Of a DNA stretch of 64,000 nucleotides, positions 1 to 10,825 are shown piece after piece. The stretch spans positions 65,158,397 to 65,222,396 of the forward strand of contig NC_068990.1 in NCBI RefSeq assembly GCF_001194135.2, given 5' to 3'. Each line of letters starts with the position of its first letter. Positions within the stretch are counted from its first letter, which is position 1. The stretch is from Octopus bimaculoides. Its lineage: Eukaryota. Both the position numbers and the translations under genes were made by a program. The notes beneath the pieces were generated by a model. It saw nothing but the letters and a program-made list of their open reading frames with translations, was not told where the DNA came from and did not search any database.

Positions 1-329
1 TATTATTTGAAAAATACAATAATGAAATAAATCAGGAAAAATCATGGTTCATGTTTTACCTGTTCCATTTCTTTCATTCTTGGATTTTTATTCACACTTT
101 TAGTTGCTAAACTGTGAATTGCATGGTGACTGTCAGATTATTGGATTTTCTTTTGATTTCTATATAGGATAAGGTGTGTAAATTATGATGGTAACAAACA
201 CATTTTATTGTATATTATCCACCTTTTGTCATCTGTACTCCTGCATACATGCTAGAAGCTTACTGCCTTCCTGCACTTGAATCCCTGGATTGCACTAACC
301 TATTACTATACGTGTGTGTGTGTAGCCCA

Positions 330-480
330 CTCTGTGGAGTGGTTGGAGTTAGGAAAGGCATCCAGCTGTAAAACCCATGCAAAAACAGACATAGAAGCAT
401 GGTGCAGGCTCCTGCCCAGCCAGCTCCTGTCAAACCGTCCAACCCATGCCAGCATGGAAGGAGGATGTTAAATGATGATG
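330..480 (+). mobile_element. RTE-type 3' tail / SINE fragment
   Basis: gagtggttgg..ttaggaaggcatccagctgta...aacccatgccagcatggaa...aaatgatgatga consensus shared by about 15 copies in the window. Confidence 0.75.
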
Positions 481-494
481 ATAAATATATATGG

Positions 495-680
495 ACCAGC
501 TATCCTCATTGACAGCAGGATAAGGCACTTCAGGATATGAAGACAAGGAAAGCCCTTAGTCCATCAGGAATCACAATTCAGGTCCTTAAAATATCTAGTC
601 ACCCGTATAGTTAATCAGGTTATTCAGGAAGGCGTATTCCCCAATGACTGGTGTAGCAGCACTGTAATCAGCTGCTACAT
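495..680 (+). pseudogene. RTE-clade LINE reverse transcriptase fragment (frameshifted)
   Basis: Translates DMKTRKALSPSGITIQVLKIS and, after a shift, LVTRIVNQVIQEGVFPNDWCSSTVISCY; resembles the region just N-terminal of the RTE RT core. Confidence 0.65.
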
Positions 681-1039
681 GCTTCCTGAGCCACTCCTAT
701 GTTTCCTATCGTACCCCTTTCTATACTGGTATTGCCCATCATCTACATCTGCACCCTTGCTCATCACTCACTACATTAATCTCTATCACCACCTGTTTGC
801 TACTCCCTTAATGTTCCTATGAAAACATCCACACATTTTCTGAGCACACTACCTTCCTTTTATCACCTTCAGCCATATACCTCCTGTATGGCAAGACACC
901 TGTGCTGGTTCCTCTATCATACTTTGGCCTTTCAACACCTGGTGTAAAGCCACCCACCTCCATCTTCCCCTCCCAAATTCTTTCTCTTTGTTATTGAAGC
1001 TTTTTCGATTTCCTTTTTCCCTATTGATTTTCATGGCAA

Positions 1040-1245
1040 CCTCACGAGTGCTGGTGGCATATAAAACGCACCCAATGCATTCTGTAAAGTGGTTGGCATT
1101 ACGAAGGGCATCCAACCATAGAAACCAAGCCAAAGATGACATTAGAACCTGACAGAGCCCTGCAGCTCAGCAGTTCTCTGTCAAACTGTCTAACCCATGC
1201 CAGCATGGAAAGTGAATGTTAAATGATGATAATGATGATGACTGT
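1040..1245 (+). mobile_element. RTE-type 3' tail / SINE
   Basis: Same consensus as 330-480, ending in (gat)n. Confidence 0.75.
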
Positions 1246-1647
1246 ACGCCGGTGTTAAAACGGGGGTAGCTGATGAAGGAAAATGTTCTCTCTGTGGCTT
1301 GTGTGTTTTCTTGTCTACGTTTTGTTTGCAATGTCCTGTACCCAGATATGCACCTATACATACAAGTGGATGTCGGTATGCACATACCTGTACGTATATA
1401 TGCATATACTCATTTACTATTTGTTTATATATATATATATATATATGTTTGAATGCATATACAGGTATTTATTTATGTTTGTTCTTATTATTTTTCTTCA
1501 AAAACAAATATTACATCACTTACCACCACAATAAAATACAACAAACTCATCTGTGTACACACACACACACTACAAACTCCTGCACAATTGTACACCATCC
1601 TTCAAATACTCCTTTCATACAAAACAAAAATCAATACAAAAACACAG

Positions 1648-1869
1648 GATGAGGCACTGGATTTTGCCGCCAGCGTCGGTTACCCATGTCTACTACGTCC
1701 GTCTTACATACTGAGTGGCTCAGCCATGAATGTAGCTTATGAACCAGAGGAGTTAGAGACATACCTACAACAGGCAACTCAAGTGTCAATGGAGTATCCA
1801 GTGGTCATCACAAAATTTATTGAAGGAGCTAAGGAGATTGAAATGGATGCTGTAGCTGACCACGGTCAT
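1648..1869 (+). CDS. CPS1: CPS exon DEALDF...VADHGH (74 codons)
   Basis: acacAG|gat at 1646-1648; cat|GTaaat at 1870. Confidence 0.93.
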
Positions 1870-3566
1870 GTAAATATAATTTGGATTCTCTCTTTCATTT
1901 TCGTACCCCCCACCACTATTTAAAACAACTCTTTAGTTACTCTCTCTCAAAACTATTTCTTTTTTTTCTTTCTTTCTCCCTTCTTCTTACATTTCTTTTT
2001 CTCCCTTTGTTTCTTTTTTTCTTTCTTTTCATCTTTGCTTTGTGCTTCTTTCCAATTTGATGCTTCTTTATTGTTTTCATTTTTCTTTCTTTTCATTTTT
2101 TATCACTTTTTGTCCTATTTTCCTTTCGTATTTGTAATTTTCTTCCCTCTTTCTAACGTATCTTTCTTCTATCCAGTCTCTTTATCAATATATGTTGCCT
2201 TTTCTTTTTTGTTCTTTTCTATCTTTTCCTTTTCTTTTTTCTCTTTTTTGCCTAGTTTCTTTCCTCCCCACCTTTTCTCTGTTCTCTTTCTTTTTGTCCT
2301 AATTCTTTCATTTCCTCATTTTGTTATTTTTTTCTTCATTCTCTTCATTTTTACTTTTTTTTTGTCTCCTATTTTTTATGTACCCTCTTATTCCTCTTCA
2401 CACACACACACATCCCTCTCTCTTTCTGTCTCTCACTTGCAAATTTTCACCTTTCACTACAGGTTGTTAGCCATGCAATCTGCGAACATGTTGAAAATGC
2501 TGGAGTCCATAGTGGTGATGCTACCCTCATTCTACCCACACAAAGCATTTCAAAAGAAGTTCTGAAAAATGTAAGTACCTGGGTTATCTCATTAGGTGAC
2601 CTAATTAGTAGTTGAGTTGGGTCTCATGAAAGCATAGTTGTCAAATTAAGGCTGGCAAGGGACTTCAGGAGATTTGCTAATATATGACTGTACTTTCACT
2701 GATGAAGACTTAATAAATCAAAAATATTTGAAGTTACCACCCTTGCTTGCTCATCCAAAAATTAATATTAGCTCATGCCTAATACTTTTTCATCATTTAC
2801 CACATTTAACCCTTCTGTTGTCATTTCTGATGTTGGAAACCTTGGAAATAAGGATATATACCTTTCCATTATTTAAATAAGTGATCAGTGCCTGTTATTA
2901 AATTTTCAATTAACCTCATTTCTTGGTGCTTTTCATGTCTTTTTATGAACATTGTGTACAGCCAGTTTGTTGCTATCTTGTTTATATTTTGATTTCCTGT
3001 TATTGTTTTGTTCTTTTGTTTCAATTTTTCATTTCCAGATCCGGGAATCAACTGCCAAAATTGCCAAAAGATTTGAAATCACAGGTCCATTCAATATTCA
3101 ATATATTGCTAGTGAGAATTCAGTCAAGGTAATTTCCAGTCTATTTTGCAAGAGCAAAAGATTCTTATGTAATATATTTAAACATAAATGTAGACTCAGT
3201 GACATTTAATATGCACAACACTCATGCATACTCACGCATACACATATGGATGCACCCACACTCAAACATAAAGACATACATGTATATGTGTCATCATCAT
3301 CATCGTTTAACATCCGCTTTCCATGCTGACATGGGTTGGACGGTTTGACTGAGGGCTGGCAAGCCAGGAGGCTGCACCAGGCTCCAATCCAATCTGGCAA
3401 AGATTCTACAGCTGGATACCCTTCCTAATGCCAACCACTCCAAGAGTGTAGAGGGTGCTTTTTATGTGCCACCAGCTCAGAAGCCAGTCAGGCAGCACTG
3501 GCATCGACAACGCATTAATGGTGCATTTTATGTGCCACCGGCATGGGAGCCAATCAGATATATATA

Positions 3567-3602
<36 letters not shown>

Positions 3603-6600
3603 CATGAAGAGCTTTTGCACAGTCTCCACCTACTAAATTCCACTCAGCAGGTATTGGTCAACCTGAGATACTTGCTCAGTATGCAATGCAGTGAGATCAG
3701 TGACAACAACAGCAGCAGTAAAAATGGTGATGGTGGAAGCAGTGGTAGTGGTGGCAGTAATAGTAGTTGTGGTAGTAGTAGTCATACACACATTTATTTT
3801 ATGCTAGTTCCAGCCAACAGATTGTAGGTATACTAAAGCTTTATATATATATATATATTTATATATAAAACAAAAAACAATCCTATATAAACTTAGAAAC
3901 ATACATATTTATATAAATCTCTTTTCCTTTTCTCTGTTACAGGTGATTGAATTGAATCTTCGTGCTTCCAGGTCATGTCCCTTTGTTTCTAAAACAATTG
4001 GTACTGACTTTGTAGCCACAGCCACAAAAGTTATGACCAATCTTCCTATTGAAAGGAACCATTTGCCCAGTCTAGATAACCCTATGGATCCCAAAACATA
4101 TGTAGGCATAAAGGTATGGATCACTATAATGCAATTTTTATATATATATTGCTCAACAACAGTTTCAAAATGTCACTGCATGTCCATCTGATATATTTCT
4201 TACTTTGCGTTCATGCTCCTATAGTTCTTGATTGAGTGGCAGCAGTTTTTTTAAAGTAAATTTTCTCCCTACTCTATTTTGTTCAATGATTTGAGTTTAC
4301 ACCTCTACCATAATAGAACAATCCACAAAGAAATTTAAAATACTACTTTGAAACATTATTGACTTGAAACACCAATAAAAGTAGCACATAACATTGTTAT
4401 TTCATTTATTTATAAACTAATTAACCCTTTTGATACTGACCCATCTTTGGTTCTCTGAAACAGTTTTTCTGTTTCAAAGTGATCTAAATTAAAACTTTCC
4501 CATAGAATTTCATGTTAATTTATGTTCCAAACACCAGCTCAATGATGACAAAATTATTTTACTAAATTCTTTATTATTTTCAAAATTAATTGAAGCAAAA
4601 ACACTGTATATCAACAGAAATATAGTAATGAAAGGGTTAACGCTGAGCAAATATCAGAATGCAGATCATTAAATTGAAAGTTATGGTGAGAATCATGACA
4701 CCCCCTGTGAGAATGGATTAGCCAAACTCGTATAAGTAGCAGCGTATCTGACTGAGAGCGGGAGATGAGAAATCACAGGAAGTTGAAAGGTGTCATTCAT
4801 GAGTTCGTGGAGGTGCAGGAAATTATTGAGAAGTTGTTATAGTTCGTTGAGTTATTTTGGATTGCTTACAGTTGTTGGCAGAGTATTTGGGAACACATCA
4901 AGTGGAGACAGTTGGTGTCTACTCTGTTCTGTGGTACTATATATCACACTGTATTAGTGCACGACACTAAGGTGAAATATACAGAAACCATGTTATAAAA
5001 AAAGTGATCATTTAATAGGAAGGAAAGTAATAGGTATTTTTTAACAAAATAGGTTTCAAATTTTCTCAACTTCAGATTTTTTTTACAATTATAGTTGAAA
5101 AGAATATAAATCCAGAATCAACAAATTTAACCCTGGGAAAGTGAAATTCATACCCTGCAGTTAAATTTAACCTGCTTTGGAAACTCCTGATCTATAAAGA
5201 ATTATTGCTCTCTTTCTTAGGAGTAGCATTTATTGTTGTCAGCTTGGGAAAGACAACAATTTCATGATTTTCTTGTCTTTTGTGTGAGTCACTTAAATTT
5301 ATAATAGAATTTACAATATTTTAAGATGTATTGTTTTATTGTTGTTCAGCTCTAAATTGGCCTTGAATGATATTAAGTGAAACTATTCAAGCCATAATCA
5401 TCTCCACTTTTTTTTTTTTCAGTCGTAATGTTCCCACAATTGTAATATACCCTCCCATTATCCAATGTGTTTATTCTTTTTTAAGATGGAAGATTAAGAT
5501 TTAAGGGAGTATGGTCACTATTTCTAGCAAGGCAACCATGTAGAAAATCCCTTGGCTCAGTAGTACTGATACTAGTATACCCAAACTGTCAAATAATAGC
5601 AGAGGTACTGTTGAAAAATGTACATGCAGAAAGTTGCAAATGAGAGTATGAGAACGTACCTACAAATGCCAAAATAACAGGAAATTAAGAAAATTCTGTT
5701 TATCGCTTCCCAAATTTTAATACAGGTTTGATTAGTATGTTGTTAAGTTATTTTCTACAATAAATGCTCTAATTTCACAAATGCTGCACATACATGTATA
5801 TGTACTCAAAACTGCCAAAATATATGCATATTTACATACTGGCACATGATCTTACCAACAGGTTACATTCAATTTCTTAAGGTTTTCAAAGAATAGTAGA
5901 TTTAGTTTATGAAAAAAGCTGTATATTTACAGCATAATTGACATGTTCTGTGAAATTATCTGTACTGCCCCTGATTATTAATGTTTCGTCCAAATTTTGA
6001 TGTATTTGATTGCCTACCACAATGGAAAATATAGTTAGTGTCTTGCTCACACACCTGGTCTGGGAAATGAACCCACAATTTTATGATCATGAACCCAGCC
6101 AACGCCTTAACTACTAGATCATATACACTCGTGTATGCAAAATCTATAAAAACATGTTAATTTGTTGGGTTACTCAGAGTTACACAAATCTGGCTTCAAA
6201 CTAACTGATCAATGTAGTGAGCACAGAGAGGAAGTTCTCTTTACTTCTATGTGTAGTTTTCGAATTCAGTCAGTTAAAATCTCAAAATATGGTCAAAGGG
6301 TAACTTATAGATTAATTCTAATGCTAATCCTTTTAGAAACATCTTCCAATACAACAGGTGCAGTATATTTACTCGACAAACAAAAATAATTTCTGTTTCA
6401 AAGTGTTGTTAGTAATTTTGTATGTATACATTGTTAATAATTATTAATAATTCAGAATTATTTGATGGGTTAATTAAAGAGTTGTTTTCTGTTTTTTTTT
6501 TTTCTCTTCCAATATACTACAGGCGCCCATGTTTTCCTGGCCCCGTTTGAGGGATGCTGATCCTTTGCTGAAGTGTGAAATGGCTTCCACAGGTGAAGTG

Positions 6601-9600
6601 AGTATATATATGGAGATTTTTTTTTTTCTAGTATTCAGTTTTTATATTTTATTTTATTGTATGGTGGAGGCGCAATTGCCTAGTGGTAGGGCAGTGGACT
6701 CGCAGTCATAGGATTGCGGTTTCGATTCCCAGACCGGGCGTTGTGAGTGTTTATTGAGCGAAAATACCTAAAGCTCCACGACGCTCCGGCAGGGGATGGT
6801 GGTGAACCCTGCTGTACTCTTCCACCACAACTTTCTCTCACTCTTACTTCCTGTTTCTGTTGTGCCTGTATTTCAAAGGGTCAGCCTTGTCACACTGTGT
6901 CACACTGATTATCCCCGAGAACTACGTTAAGGGTACACGTGTCTGTGGAATGCTCAGCCACTTGCACGTTAATTTCACAAGCAGGCTGTTCTGTTGATTG
7001 GATCAACTGGAACCCTCGTCGTCGTAACCGACGGAGTGCCATTTTTTTTTTTTATTGTAGGTTAGTCGAGAAGAAGGGATGTGGGTGGGGGTGGGGTTGC
7101 TTCCATGAATTGTGTATTTTTCCCTGTGACTGTGGCAGTTGATGTGGGTTTTATTCAGTTTGAACTTCTCCAAGTGAGTGTCTGCTGGCTATGTCGTTAG
7201 GAAAAGAATTCTAGAGGGTTCTTTGTTCTGGAAAGAGGATCAAGTGAAGTGGTTAGTGTAGACTCTGGAATCTGAAACAAAGCCAACATGTGGAAGGAAG
7301 ATAGACAATTTCTTGTTGAAAGTATTTTGCTTTAGTATGTCTTGTCTATTTTGATAATCTAATGTTAGGAAAAATACGAAAACAATTATCAATATGGAAA
7401 TGGCCTACCAAGAAAGATGAGACACAAATGCTTAAGTTTAATGGAATACCAAGATGTTTGAGGTTAGTTGATACAGTCTTTATGGATTATTAACCTCATT
7501 TTTAGAAATGAAACATCACTTTAATATATACTTCTACCTTAAGGTGGCAAGTTGGCAGAATTGTTAGCATGTCAGGTAAAAATGCTTAGCAGCATTTCAT
7601 TTGTCTTCACGTTCTGAGTTCAAATTCCACTAAGGTTGACTTTGCCTTTCATCCTTTCAAAGTTTATAAAATAAGTACCAGTTGAGTACTGGGATTGTTG
7701 TACTTGACATACCCCCTCCCCCAAAATTTCTGACCTTGTGCAAAAATTTGAAACCATTATTATTATTATTAAAACAGTAAGCTGGCAAAATTGTTAGCAC
7801 ACTGGGTGAAATGCTTAGAGGTATTTCGCCTGTCTTTACATTCTGAGTTCAAATTCTGCCAAGGTCGATTTTGCCTTTCATCCTTGATTAAATAAGTACC
7901 AGCTATACACTGTGGTCAATTTAATCGACTTAATCCCCTCCTGCAAGCTTCCCTTGTGGCAAAACTTTGAAATTATTATTATTATTATTAAAACAGTAAG
8001 CTTTCAGAATTGTTAGCATGCCAGGTAAAATACTTAGCAGCATTTTGTCTGTCTTTATATATTGAGTTCAAATTCTGCTGAGGTTGATTTTGCCTTGCAT
8101 TCCTTTGGGGGGGTTGATAAAATAAGTACCAATTGAGCATTGGTGTCAATATAATTGACTAACCCCTTCCCCAAAATTGCTGTCCTCGTACCAGACTTTG
8201 AAACCAGTATTTACTTCTACCCTACATTTCAATCATATTCCAAAGCTTTAAGTACTTTAAAATATAAGCACAATATTTGAAACAATCAGCCAGTATTTAA
8301 ATTAATTTTCTAAATCAGAAATATACCTAAAAGACAGAAATAATATCAATCAAAGTATTGTCAATAACACATGCATGATAGAAAAAAACTTCATAAAACC
8401 AACATTTTAAACTTATATTTTTCATAAGAAAAAAATATACAGACATTGCTTATATTTTTCTTCTTTTTACTTATATATGCACAAACCCTAATATTTTAAG
8501 ACATGTATACCTCTTTAAGAGTATTAGCAATGTAAAACAGTCACTATGAATTTAGATTTGATTGTAGTCAGATTTAGCATAGAAATTATTAGACTCTGTT
8601 TTTACTTTTTATAAAATTGCATAAATTTTTGTATTGTACTAAATTTATTAAAATTGTTTGTTAAATAGGATTCATCAGAATTATAATTTTTGTTTAAGAA
8701 TTTTGAAAATAATAACCGTGTAGAATTTATTGCATCTTATTTCTTATGTTTAATTTATAAACATTTCAGCAGTAATGGAGAATTTACTTAGGTTTCTTTT
8801 TACTCTGAACAATATTTAAAGGCTTATTTTTTTAATGTTAGCTTTTTATACGGGTTTTCTTTGTATTTCATGTGTCTTTTCTACTGTATCAGGTTGCTTG
8901 CTTTGGGTCAACGAAGTACACTGCCTTCCTGAAAGCTATAATGTCTTCTGGTTTCAAAATGCCACGTCAAGGGAGTAATGTAATGATTGGTGTACAACAT
9001 TCTTTCCATTCTAATTTTCTTCCATTGGCCAAAAAGCTTTCAGATCTGGGATATAAGGTATGTTTTTTATTTCAAATAATTTGTTACTGTCTCCCCCTCC
9101 TATTATGTTAGATACGGTAGTGTGCCAGACTCTTATAGTATTAAGTTTCATACCAGCTAGTTGATTCAGTTGACTAAGTGCATGAATGGTTAAGCATTAA
9201 TTTGTAGCTTTCTGCTTGTGTTTCTATGAATATCTTTAATTGTTGTTGTTAGTGGCAGTACTGAGAAGCATTGAGGGAGAAAGAGAGAGAGAGTTGAGTA
9301 TTGTTTAGATGAAGTACTGGGAAGTGTTAATCTTTTGACACATAAAGAACTAAACACTTAATGCTCTTTAAAAAAGATGATAATGACTCTATGAGATGTT
9401 CCTGTTTTCCCCATACCATTATCATTAAGTGAAAGAATACTTCAACTGATAATTGAAACCTGTTCAAGAACTCAAATCCCCAAGAAGTTTACACAGTGTT
9501 ATAAGAGTCTCCTCACCTCAAATAATAATTAAAAAAAAAACCAAGAAGCTTAGGAAAATATTTATACTTTTCTCTCTTTTACACTACTTCAGATTTTAAA

Positions 9601-10755
9601 TGTAATTGCTTTTCCTTTCTTTTTTATTGGCTTTCTCAAATGAAGCTGTTTGCAACTGATGCAACAGCACATTATTTGAATGCACACAAGATAAACACAC
9701 AAGCAGTTGCTTGGGCTTTGACTGGAAATGAAGAACAAGATCTACCTGTAGCTACAAAGTAAGCTTGCATTTTTGTTTTTGTGTTTCATAAATGTTTCTC
9801 CATATTTCATATTTTCTCCATAATCCAGCCCAGCGCTGTACCATTTTTACTGAAACAAGGGCTTCCAGACATAAACAGTGTGTCATTTTACCTTACCAAT
9901 TTGTTGTTCTACATGCAACTAAATTATGCATTTGGTGGTGCATCCCATCACCTATTATGTTATTGGGGGAGCCCAACCTTCCTATTCAAGTTGTATAATG
10001 AGATGAGCTGAACTCATCATAGACACACTTTTATATAAAAAACAGAACCTGAGATTAACCCTTTAGCATTTAAACTGGCTATATTTGGCCCAAATATTCA
10101 AGCTGTTTTACTGTAAAAACCCATGTAATTTGCACACGTGTAATTTACGCAGGTGATTTTCAGGATAAAAATTGTTAAAAAAAATCTTATACTCACATAA
10201 AATTCGCACCCAAAAGTTTTCAGAATTGCCAATATGGCCAGGGGGAAAAATCTTTCAATTCAGTTGTATTTAACATAATTTCACTTATTTGTGATTAGAT
10301 TTTATTAAATTTTCATTAAATAAAAATAATTTCTGTTTAACAGGTATCACATTAAAAGCTATTAAATTGCAAAGTGTTTGTGTGGTCTTCTATATACATA
10401 AAATCTGTTTTGCTCACTCAGTATATCCTCCCCTTCCCTTGGCAATGTCAGTCTGCTTTACTCACTCGCCATATCCTCCTCTTCCCTCAACATTAGCATT
10501 CCAATAAAAATAAGTAAATGAAAAACATGATGCTGATGTGTGTATGTGTGTGTGTGTGCACATGTAACTGTATGAGACTGTGTTTAAGTGTTTGTATGTG
10601 TACGTAACTGTATGAGACTGTGTTTGTGTGTCTCCATGTAACTGTGTAAGATTAACTGGAAATAAATGAAGTATTATTTCACAAATTGTGAGCAGAAGAT
10701 ACTTGTATGTGTATATATATCTATTAATATCTATACATTAATATATGTTTGTATA

Positions 10756-10825
<70 letters not shown>

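Noticed and set aside
2035-2565. 176-aa hydrophobic ORF resembling a membrane protein
   Set aside because: Translation of the intronic T/C tract; it overlaps the real CPS exon in a different frame.
6661-6740. tRNA genes (also at 41210, 49190, 49700, 58130)
   Set aside because: The A/B boxes belong to SINE heads that continue into repeat bodies; no complete cloverleaf is evident.
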